The notes beneath the pieces are model-generated. The model made no database searches. It worked only from the letters and a program-made list of their open reading frames with translations, and had not been told where the DNA came from. A stretch of 64,000 nt of DNA, taken from NCBI GenBank assembly GCA_030141605.1, contig JAQGDQ010000077.1, forward strand, positions 186,001 to 250,000. Reading direction: 5' to 3'. Positions 45,901 through 57,341 of the stretch are shown here, piece after piece. The stretch's first letter is position 1, and every line of letters begins with the position of its first letter. Source of the DNA: Tubiluchus corallicola (taxonomy: Eukaryota; Animalia; Priapulida). The position numbers and the translations under genes were made by a program.

Positions 45901-48900
45901 GATAAATTAAGAAAAGTTCGATTTTATGTCACGGAGCTATCGCAGTTAAAAGTGTAATGAAAGATGAGTAAACAGTAATAGTAATTGTTGATTGGTGGAA
46001 AAGAAGAAATTTATCTGTACAAAGTGGACAAAATATGTGTTTTTGATCTTGCATCCTGACACTTTTTGTTGATGTCATTTTGCTCGTTCGTTTTTTTAAA
46101 AGAGGATCGTGTGTCCACGGTAAAAAAAGTTGAATGGTAAAGGAGTTTTTCTGTAATTGTGATAAAACCAGTTGCTCGAACCAATTAAAGAAAGGACGAG
46201 GAAGAAGAGTCAATCAGTTTATAGCAACCAGCCCTATCGTCAGTTATGGTTGCTGGATAAGTGCGTTTATAAATACACCAATTTTACAATCAATTCTTAT
46301 AATAATTGCGATATTTTTTTCTTGATTGCAAGATTTGGATGGTTTTATGCAAAAAAACTAAGAATATTTTGGTAACTAGAACATGCAAAGAGCATTTAAT
46401 GCTTTCTACTACAGCTGCTATTACATAGTTGCTAAGGTACCATAAAACTTTTGCATTATTACTGTACATAGCAATTGTTGTCTCTCTTGTGTGTTCAGAT
46501 TTGTCTTCAGTTCATATAATGGTGAAAATTGAGCCTTCCCAAACAATTCTTCAATGTAACCTTAATTCCATTGCTAAGATAAACAGTAACCATGGCAACC
46601 AACTTGTGAGAATAACATTTTACATTATTATCCATATATGGTAACCTAGACTAGATGGCATTAGATTTCAGTAATGACATGGTTGCAAAGGCTGATCTGC
46701 ACAGGACTGTCACTTCAGCTGAAATAAATTCCTGTTTTCCACATAGATAGACCTTTGAGAATTTAACCCCATGTAAATGTAACGAAAATCATTTATCACA
46801 TAAATGTGAAATATTTAAGCTGATAAAATGAAAAATGTGTATTAAAAGCCATGTGTTATCATATTTTTGGTAACATATTAATTGGATAGATGTGCATGCT
46901 AGCATTAATGGGCCTGAATTGGCCGAACAAAATGACACAATGTTTTATTTTAATAATTGCTTTGGTTATCTATGTTGCCTTATTAGCAGTAAATTGTATA
47001 ATGCTGGAGTCTACTGTGGAATTAGCTAACATTTTATTTGTTTGAATGTAAGTGTATTTAAGTTAACATGGCTTTTTGGGTGTGGTTTCAAACTACTGCT
47101 ACACTTTCAGCAATTACTGATCATGGAATTTTATATAACAGTGTCGAAAGCAGTATATTGTATAAGTAAAAATGTATTGTAAGAGTGAAGAGTAGCCTGA
47201 GAAAAATAAATTGTATCAACAAATAAGTTTTGAGATGGGATAGTTTTTAGGATAGTCCACACTGATTGATTATTCACATTTTTTTCTTATTACTATTCAG
47301 ATGATCACATTTGTGCACAACTAATAATAATAAAGTTAATTCTTAAATATTATATGGCTACAGCATTGTATAGCCTCATCCTTGTCATGCACAAATTTGT
47401 ACATTCTCAAGTGTCCGTCTGGGCATTTTCACGAGGCCATTTCACTGGACGAATTTTTCTAGAATACTACATAACATAGTCATTCAGTAAAAACAAAAAC
47501 ATTTGTGTTGCAATTAATTTCCATAGATTGGACTTGGAGCGATATTTCTACTAGGCTATAACTTCTGTATTTAAACTTCCATTTGTAATAAAATCAAATT
47601 TTATTGTGTTGGACAGAGTCTAAAATTTCTACTTGTGAACGCATTAAAAGGATCCCCTAAAGTTGTCCAAAATTGCCACTTTATCCTTTCGAGAAATAAA
47701 TTTAAATCTAAAATGCAGTCAATGAAATAAAGGGCTCAGATAAGAGAAAAAGTTTTGAGCAAATAAATGACAGCATAATATGAATGTGATAGAAATGGTT
47801 AATTCTGTCATTCACTCATAGAAGAAGCTTGTAATAAATTTCAGTCTCAATCATAGAACAACCAGTTTGATTATTTTGCTGTCCCTCCCAGTAGATGAAA
47901 CTAGAAGCTTGAGAAACTTTGTTTTGTACATAAGTAAGCAGTATCCTAACACTGAGAATAACAGTTAAATGTACTGTTGATGGCTGGGCATGGGTTTTAA
48001 ATTAGCAGCTGGTACGGCATTTGGTACCATATCCAGTATTTTACTGTACGGTAGCAGTACTGCTACTACTGTTTGCAAAATGCATGCTGCAGTTCATATG
48101 CTCCTGTTCTGCGGGATTATTTTTGCAATGTTTCAGGTACAATGTAAATTTTGTTTGTACAATGTTTCAGGTACATGTACAATGTACAATGATTGTTTTT
48201 AAAAGTACATGTACAGAATCTATGAGTTATAGACTGCCAGTCTATATGAACAAACTGCCAGAGAAATTAATAACACCATTGTACAATGCACAGTTTTAAC
48301 TTGCCCAATTGTGTAGTTTTTGAAGTGTGAACAAACTTTAAAGAATTTGTAAATCCAAAAAAATCGATAATTCGATTGACATAGTTAGCAGCACAGGTTG
48401 GACAAACGTGAGGTGTTTAAATATGCACAGATTTTTATTGTTAAGTATGCCATATTAATTCAAATATTCTCTGCATTAGCAGTTGGCTAGCAGTATTGAT
48501 TAAAACAGTCTTACGGGTACGGGTACTGGTTAAGTTACAGTCTGATAAATTGGTCCATCACTAAAATATACAAGAGATAGCTGTTCAGTTACAGTTGCCT
48601 TTAGGCATAGAATACAATTAGTTGATGTTAAAATAGTACCATTGCTCCTGTTGCAACTTTCTATTTTCAGGTTTGTTTTATAAAATGATATGACATGTAC
48701 GCATGCTGCATATAATTATAATTGAGACTTTTGACAAAAAGAATAATGAAGACGGGCTGCCCTAAAATATGTTTGTCATTACATGGTAAAACTTTTAGTG
48801 CTCAGGTTAATTTGTTGTTTTGTTTATTGAGGTTGTCATTAATAAAATTTAATTTGGTTTAGTTAATGGCAATATTTTCATCATGTACTGAACAAGTCTA

Positions 48901-49003
48901 ACGAATTTAAAATTGAGCTGTTGTACCTTTAGCCCTAAACTTCATTATTTCTTAACGGCATTTAAATTTTCTATAATTTTTCTTCTTCTTACAGATGTTT
49001 TAA

Positions 49004-49087
49004 ATGGCAGAAAATAACGAGCCAATCACGATTGAACAGGTTATTGGAAAGACTCCTGAAACTAGGCAGCAAACAGCAATTGGCCTG
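49004..49087 (+). CDS. 8-TM protein coding exon 1
   Basis: MAENNEPITIEQVIGKTPETRQQTAIGL; exon acceptor at 48993-48994, donor GTAGGT. Confidence 0.78.
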
Positions 49088-52000
49088 GTAGGTTTACTGT
49101 GATTCTTAAAGGTGACAGCATATTGAGCGTGAAGTGGAAACTGATCCAATTTAATGGTAGTTATGGGTATTGCTTCTTGCATGTTGTAGTACCTGAAAAA
49201 GTAAGCATACCTAATCTTGATAGAGTGAAGCCACTGTTATATAAATAATTTGAACGAATCTTAACGAAAAAATAAAGAACTGGAAAAATTGGAGTGAATT
49301 TGATTTAAAAAAATTTAATATTTGTGGGTTTATTTTCTCATTAGAAATTTTCCATTTTCATATATCGAATTTAGAGCATGCTCTCTGTTATTGCTTCGTT
49401 TTTAAAATGCTCAGTAATTGATAATATAGTTTAATATTTTACCTAAAAATTCAAGTTTCCAAATGGACTTTAGTTCTAAATGTAATTTGAATGTACTTTT
49501 ACTGTTAATTCTTTTTAAAACTTGCAATGGTATTTTAGTGTCGGACATGCTTCGATTTGAAACCAGCAGAAATTGTCTTCCTCATTGTTTCTTTATTGGG
49601 TATCCTGGGATGTCTTGGACTTACTGTTGAACGATTGGTTACATTACCAAGCCAGTCCACTGATTTTGTATTTGCTATAATATTGCTTATCAACACATGT
49701 AAGTAATTCAAAAAATTTGTCATTTCACGCATACTAGGAACAAAACTAGTGCTGTACATTTAATTTGACATAAGACTGTAATTTTTTTAGGCATTCATTA
49801 CAATTTAGTAGGTATTCACCACATTTCTTTAGCTTGCACAGCTTACTGCTCACTGGACACTCTATGATTCTTGAATTATATTTTTACGATGCTTAGTTGA
49901 AACCATGTTTATAAAGGTTTTTGTGTTTCAGTGTTCTGCGTTTACTACATATTGGATGGTGTGTATCGTGAACGGCCGTATGAAGTCTCAACAGTCATAA
50001 TTGCATCAGTAATATTAATCTTATACTGTGCCACAGATTTTGCAATAGATAACAACAAATGCAAGCCATTAATGAAAACGTGCACAGCGAATGAAGCAAT
50101 CAAACTTGTAAGTTTAATGAAATGTAGCCTTTTGTGGCAGCTTACTTAATTCTGAAATATAGTATCATTTTGGCATGGTTTAGCAGGTTGCAATTTGCAA
50201 CATGGAACAGTAATTCTGTAACTAAAGGCAATGTATGGGAATTAGTTTTCCGAAGTACAATATCTTGTTATGGCAATATCTGTTTAAAAAATTTATTTTT
50301 GTTTAATTGGTATAATTTACTTAAATTCTAGCTATATTGTGCACTGCCCTTGATAAAAATTTTGCCTGCCTTTCCCATTCTTTGTAGATCATATCCAGTG
50401 TGAAATTTGAAAATTGTACTGTCATCTATAGGATACTTGGATTAAGAGAATTTAGAATTAATGTTTTTCGTCTTTGTTTATAAATACCGTGCAAAAGTAT
50501 TTTAGGCAGCATATATGGAGTCTGTTTTCAACATTTGTTTTTTCCATTTAGCAGGCCATGTCAATTTTATGCATATTATTGTTTTTAGGCTCGATTAATA
50601 GTAATTGGTGCTGTTGGTCCAATCATCATTGTCCTGGGTGCAGTGATATCATGGTCGTACATTCAGTCAGGGAATCTTGTCTTTCGAACTGTTGGTGCTA
50701 ATATAGAGCTGCAGCGAATGTGCAAAATTGTGTACTTTTCTGAGGCTTTGCTAAAGTTTGACTTGCAATTGGAAGTAAGTTGCCTTGTTTGCACCCAAGT
50801 CATCAGTGGCACATTGCTATTGTTACTGGTTTTGTTTTTTCGCAAAATTTTTTGTCTTGTTGTGCCAGGCGAAAATTGTGTTGCTATAAAAAATGTACCA
50901 TGTGCTATCTTATTAAGTGCTGTACAGGCTTACTGTTTCAGATGTGCCAGCAGAATTTTAAGCTTTTCTCTTTTTGGTTTTTTAGTTTTTACTTTCATGA
51001 TAGGTTAGCTCACAACCATTTGCTGGTTTTTCTTAGATTACAATGGTGGTGCTGATTCTGCAAAATGAAACAGGAGATATAACGACAATAGAAAAGACCA
51101 TTCTTGGTGCAGGAATTGTCTTTGCTGTACTGTGGCTGCTACTTGGCTTTGTTGCCGTATGTAATAAGTTTTCATTAAAAAAAATTATGTAACTAAATCA
51201 CTGTAATAAAATTTTGGATAATCTAGGTGAATATTGCATTCTATTGCATTTTTGCAACATTATATTCTGAACTTTGCTTTTCTTTCATTTTAGATGTGGT
51301 TGGAGAGTAGATTCCTCACTCATATATTCTTTATAACCAGTATTTTAGAACCTATCTACATTTCATATAAAATTTGGATCGTGGTAAGTTGGGATTGGTT
51401 TTTTGCATGTGTGTCCATGTCTAATGCCTTAGAAATTAAAAAGTAATATGTGCTTTCTATAATTGATTCATGGCTTATTGATAGTAATTGACTTGTGGTA
51501 CCTTACTGTTGTCAAATTAAAGCAGCATAGTGTTAATCATAGTTGCTAGCTCAAGGTATTAATTTGCATGCAATTAGCCTTCCCACCAAAAAGTTGTGCA
51601 CAAAATGTTTTTGTTCAACTACTCTAGCAAACATACATGTGCACTTCTTGAGTAAGTTGAAACCATTACTTTATAATGTTTTTTGGCAATTAATAAATGA
51701 AAATTGGTTAAGAAAAGTTATATCTTGGCCAAAAAAGTAGGAATACCATATATGCTTTTTTCAATTTAACTTTCGTTAGATAACCAAAATCAGTAGCTTA
51801 TCAGCATCCACAGAAACTATTTCCAAATCTGTTGTTTACACCTTAATGGCTTTTCATATTGCATGAACTTCTTTGTATTGAAAACATCCATGCGATATTA
51901 TGGTCATGGTAAAATTTTAGGCACTACTTTGTTTTCTCACTTCAGAGTGACCAGCTGGCAAATAAACACAATGAAGCTTTAACCACTATAGCACCTACAG

Positions 52001-52630
52001 TGGACGTTGGCACTTATCCATTGGATTTCACCATGACATCATCACAGAATATAAGTACTTCTCTACCAGCTCCCACAATGTCTCCTGCTTCGAGCATACT
52101 AGAAGTTACTGTTTACTTGATTGGCATATTTGCATTAATTCTGCGAGTTCTGTTGGTCGTATTTATGGTGAGAGTGTACAGAAATTATGGAAAGGGTCTG
52201 AAAGAAAAAGGTAACGATCCTCCACTATTTGACCCGTAAAACTAAATTTGCACTTTTTCGTTTGCATTCTGTTTTTTATTTATACATATTTATTTCTGTG
52301 TTTACTGTTTCACTGCATATTATAGGTAGTAAGAAGAGCAAGATTTTTAGTAGTATGAAAGTTTACTTAAAACTTAATTGAACGTTAAATAATGTTTGTA
52401 CTTATATAGTAGATATTTATGTATGGATTTAAGCATAATTAAATATTACTGTACGTCTGGATCAGTAGAATGAAATTTAAATGGTGAGTTACTAAATAAG
52501 CCTAAGTTTTGAATTTCTAAATAATTATGTCAACCTTCATTGCGTTTAATGAATATTTGTAGTTTATGGACCACCTCCTGCACTGATTGAAGATGTTGAT
52601 CGTAAACCAATAACATCAGAGGAGTCTTAG
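49004..52630 (+). CDS. Uncharacterised ~8-TM membrane protein, 382 aa, 8 coding exons, resembling the UPF0658 Golgi membrane protein family
   Basis: join(49004-49087,49539-49698,49932-50107,50589-50774,51037-51156,51294-51383,51946-52210,52563-52630) = 1149 nt, ATG to TAG, all GT-AG, phases consistent. Eight hydrophobic segments. The motifs FRTVGAN...LLKFD and C-terminal RNYGKGLK resemble my recollection of UPF0658-type proteins. Gene model is high confidence; family name is moderate. Confidence 0.88.
49539..49698 (+). CDS. 8-TM protein coding exon 2
   Basis: CRTCFDLKPAEIVFLIVSLLGILGCLGLTVERL...FVFAIILLINT; tttag/GTAAGT. Confidence 0.9.
49932..50107 (+). CDS. 8-TM protein coding exon 3
   Basis: FCVYYILDGVYRERPYEVSTVIIASVILILYC...AIKL; ttcag/GTAAGT. 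Confidence 0.9.
50589..50774 (+). CDS. 8-TM protein coding exon 4
   Basis: ARLIVIGAVGPIIIVLG...FRTVGANIELQRMC...LLKFDLQLE; tttag/GTAAGT. Confidence 0.92.
51037..51156 (+). CDS. 8-TM protein coding exon 5
   Basis: ITMVVLILQNETGDITTIEKTILGAGIVFAVLWLLLGFVA; cttag/GTATGT. Confidence 0.9.
51294..51383 (+). CDS. 8-TM protein coding exon 6
   Basis: MWLESRFLTHIFFITSILEPIYISYKIWIV; tttag/GTAAGT. Confidence 0.88.
51946..52210 (+). CDS. 8-TM protein coding exon 7
   Basis: S/T/P-rich loop, last TM, then RNYGKGLKEK; ttcag/GTAACG. Confidence 0.88.
52563..52630 (+). CDS. 8-TM protein terminal coding exon
   Basis: tgtag acceptor in phase 1; VYGPPPALIEDVDRKPITSEES*. An unspliced alternative would end GNDPPLFDP* at 52239. 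Confidence 0.75.
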
Positions 52631-55600
52631 CATTCAGTAACTATTCCAATTGATTTTCTCAGGAGCATGCCACAATCAACATACTGTAATTAGCTTTGCT
52701 GTTCAAAGGGAGCCTTGAGTGTCACAGCATTTTTTGTTTATTGTAACCATAGTTATCTCCAGAACACTATGCAGTTTTATTGTGAAGTCTGCAGAATTCA
52801 GTTGCTGTGTGTTTTGCAGTATGATGTTCTGTTGCTGTTTACTTTGCGATCACTCTTTGTAAGAATAAGCAATGTGGTCCTAGCAAGTAATAAATGCAAG
52901 AAAGATAGTGCTATGGTGAGAAACTTCATTTAACAGAGCAAGGTGCGTTGTGCTCTTCTAAGAATTCCCTCCTTGAAAAAGAATAAAACAACAAGAAAGT
53001 AAGAATGAAATTTATTAGTGTGCTTTAGGGCTCACTAGAACTTACAATATCTTTGTGCTTTGAATGCTATTTAATTTGTTAGTTTGCAAACCACTAGCTC
53101 TAGCAGGTTGATTTAGCAATTTCATAAGCTTAAACATGCAGTCATATGAAATGCTGGCCTTTACATAGTGGTCTTTTTTGGCAGCCATTCAAAAACAGAT
53201 ACCCAAAATGTTTTAGCACAAAATAAAATTTTTTTAATTTATGCTCAGTAATTGCTCTAATTAAGTGCATACATGAGGGAATCGGTGCATCTGGTTCACA
53301 TATGTAGTATGCTACAAAAAATTGTAAGGTAATGATAGCATTTTATTACGATAATGGTGAGTCTATGTGATGAGAATAAGGGAGGGGGTAAAAGCAAATA
53401 CCTTGTTTGAAGACATGGTAAAAATTAACTTGTTTAATTACTACTGTTTCACATCACAGTAAGTATTTTAGATTTCTTTTCTGAGGATACTGTCACATGC
53501 TGTATTCTATTTGCATGTTGTTACAAATTTAAGTCCGTTTCGATTTGTCACAATTTATTGTTTAATATCCAAATAATGCAAAATCTATTTAGAGTGAACT
53601 GAAGATATATATGTTTTGTGATAATGTATACATTCCTTGTTTAGTTAGGTTCATTATATAGAATGAATTTTATAATAATCTTTTAATAGAAAATTGCTTA
53701 TAGAAAATTATACTTATTATTTATCTTGTATTCAAAATAAGATGTAGTTCTTACATAGATAATCATATTTACAAGCAGTCACAGCAATAGTTAGTCAACT
53801 TGAAAATTACAGTTATAGTTATAGTTGCAATTGCAGTTCAAACACCAAACTGTTTATTAGCAAATAAAAAGTTATACCACCATGACTCCTACAAAACAAT
53901 AAATAAAGTTTATAGATACCAAAGCAGTAATAATTTTGTTCATTTATTTGTTTTTTTAATCACAAATTGGCAAATGGTCAGACTTGACAGCTGATATTAA
54001 ATCATTCGGATTTCCAAAAGATCTAATAGTACTTTCGTACTTATTAACAATCATTTATTAATTGTAGTATTATTTGAATGTTGACCATGTCAGGATGTTT
54101 AAAAAAATTATGCTGCACTTAGTCAGAAGGCTTGCAGGCAGTAATTCATTTAGATTCTCTAATTGCAACTGCATCTGTAGTCAAATTTTTCCATAGTAAT
54201 GAATTACTGTTTTGATAAGTGGCGTAAATGCTTAGGTATTTTTTATTGTTTATAAATTAGTTTTTGAAGGCACTGTCTTGTAATGTTTCTCCACTAAGCT
54301 ACATCAAAATTTGCCAGTTTAAATATGCCTATTGTAAATCAACGAACTTTTTGCTCAGAATTGTTAATTAAAATGCATTTAGCTTAAATAATTTACATGA
54401 AACTGATACATGAATGTATTTGAGTTTTGAACTACTTTGGAACATCAGGAGCCTGTAATATTTTCTTGTCTTCCAGTTTGTAGCATCTATATGTTTTTGT
54501 CCTGACAGATCATTACATATACTTGAATCATTTAATATGGTTGAATCTGTAATTTTAAAAATGTTGTACTTAATGAAGCTGCGTAGTAGGCCATTAAGCT
54601 ATTGATGGCAATGGCTGAAGATTTTTTTAGTTCAACATTATTCACACACACTGGTCTACCATTAGTGTTGGTTACTGATCACTTCATAACCTCTCTACTA
54701 TTTTAATTTCGTAGTAGTAATTCAAAGTAATTTAAAGAAGTTCATAACTTTTCAAGTGATTTTTATAAGTGACTAATAAGCTAATGCTTTTTATTGCCAG
54801 TAGTAAACCATTATTAGATGCTGTAATTTGATCGCTAACTTTGTTGATCATTAACTTTATCATTTACTTAACAGCAAAACTGTTTGTTTGCTATGGATGC
54901 ATACATTGGTTTTTATTCAGTTAGAAAACTTTGCAGAAATTTCTCATAGACAACCCTTGAAACAGTGGATTCAGTAAAGTTTTTTAAGATGAGTATTTTA
55001 AAATTTAATGAAAATATTAAGTTTGCCATCGAGTTTTGAATTGTTTTGCCTATAAAAATCTGCATTTAAATATGTTTAGGATGTCAGGCAGGCCCTGTGT
55101 ATCTGTATGTGTTATGTGTGAACATGATTTCGTTTTTGTTGACAACTCATTTAAAATAATAAATAAATCATTACTTGAATGCAATATGTCATAAACTTGG
55201 ATTTAAAATTTTATTAAGGACTAATTTGCTAAATCTGGCATGATTTCTTCAATCTAAAGTCACTTCTTATTATAACCAAAGTTAAGCTAAGACTTGGTGT
55301 GGCTAAAAATTGGATGGGTTCCGCTTTGCTTCGTATTGAACATAAGAAAAGGGAACATAAAAAATCTGATTTGCAAAACCTTCCGGGTAATTGAATTTTA
55401 ACTCCTGTTCTTTTTAAAATGTTTCTTTGGCTGGACTATATAATTTTTCTATTTACTTTGTTTTCAAACTTGACTTCATTGACCTTATTTAAAACTCAGT
55501 TTCGCACAACATTTTCTTGTTTAATTATTTGAAAGCTAAACTCCGGCATTAGCTACGATTGTTTTGAGTAGATGATTAGAAGACGCTATTAGCTGTCATA

Positions 55601-56233
55601 TCTAGGTAATACAACATGTATGCACTTTATTTTCAACCCGTATCGTTAGTCATCTTCAGCTGACGTATTATTAACTGTAGAACAAATGATAAAACATGAT
55701 ATTAAAATTTGCTCAGAACTACATAGCGCCATTATGTGACTCATAAAAAATTTACAGAACAGAAATTCATTATGTGCTAACTAAAAGGTACTGAAATAGA
55801 TAAACCGCCTTATCTGGATATAATTAGCGTGAAGGATGCTCTTATGGCTATGCTATTATTTGCTTATAATCACCTTCTATAATTGTGTGAAACTTTAATA
55901 TAGTTACGTAAAGATGCTTGTAATACTTTTTTAAACACATTTAGGTGGGTACAATCAAACAAAGTTGTTTTGTAAGGTTTTATATTTTAGAGAATCGTTA
56001 TCCCCTTGAAGATGACTAGTGGTACATCTCAGAGACAATCAGTATTAACAGCCAGGTTCGACGAAAAGTCGGTCACGAAAAATAATGACAGTAAAAGCGG
56101 AACTATAGAAAGAAGAGCGAAAAGGGCCCGTACGTGGTATCTGGGCGTGGTCACACTAAATTTAATTTGCAATTTTATTTCAACAGTATCTAGTACACCA
56201 CAAAAACAATAAGCGTCAATGCAGCAAATCAGC

Positions 56234-56562
56234 TGATATTGTACTCGTGCATTAAACATTTGCTCATTAATTGATGAACTCATTGAGTTGGTAACTAGCA
56301 TAAAAAAGAACTAAACAACGCATTCAGCATCGTTTTTTCTAAAACTTGAGCTGAATGAATATACACATATAGTATTATCATTATTAATAAGCCTAGCTAT
56401 AATAGCAATGCAGTTAGGCTCATTAATAATGATAATACTACGTGTTTAGTCATTCAGCTCAAGCTTTAGAAAAAACGTTGTTTCGTTGTTTATTATGATA
56501 GCTACCAACTCAACGAGTTCATCAATTAATGAGCAAATGTTTAATGCACGAGTACAGTATCA
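56234..56562. mobile_element. ~330-bp near-perfect palindrome (MITE/foldback-like)
   Basis: tgatattgtactcgtgcattaaacatttgctcattaattgatgaactc... pairs with ...gagttcatcaattaatgagcaaatgtttaatgcacgagtacagtatca; arms ~160 bp, loop near 56400. Confidence 0.85.
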
Positions 56563-57290
56563 AGATTAACGATAATTATAAGCTTTTTGTGTATTTCTTG
56601 TGAAATGCGTTAATCATGTTGCGTTTGCAAGGAGCATAATGCAATGTTGTTTTGCAATGCACACACGTTATGTAACTCTTAATTGTTGCAGCTTTAATTA
56701 CGCGATGATCACGAAGGTAAAACAGTTCAAAAAGTTTTTAGGCAATCGGTCAATGAACGAGGATTCACGCAATTTTAACTATTGGGCAGCATAGTAGGCT
56801 TGGAGCATAACACAGAAATAATGTATTCTTGCATGATCGCGTCACGTAGTGTTTCCCCAACAAAAAGTCACTTAATTGCTATCCTTCACCAGGTATAAAA
56901 AATGATCATACACTGGTGGGCATTATAAATGTAATGTTGATAATTTAATTTAAGAGACACTATTAACTATTTAAGATTATAAATTAACATTTACTATTTG
57001 GTATGTAATTAAGCAAACCAAAATAGAAAAAAATGTTTTTTGAAGGCGGTCAATAGGACAGGGTATCGGGTCAATTTTGCTGAAATAACAAAAAGAAATT
57101 AGCGTAAAGTAAGCAAATTAGTGTAACCAGGAACTATAAACTATCACCGTAATGCATTTTTGTGACACAAAAGTAATTAGCAAGGTCAGTACAACAAGAA
57201 AGACCTTAGGCTGCGCTGCAAACCTGCAAAACAATACAATTGAAACTTGAACTCAGAATAAACGAAGACTGTTTCAACGTTTTAACAGTC

Positions 57291-57341
57291 ATGTTGATTG
57301 GTGCACTTTTCTGCATTTTTGCTCTGGGTCTTCAAGATTTG
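57291..57341 (+). CDS. pentraxin-like gene exon 1 (signal peptide)
   Basis: MLIGALFCIFALGLQDL followed by GTAAGT. Confidence 0.7.
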
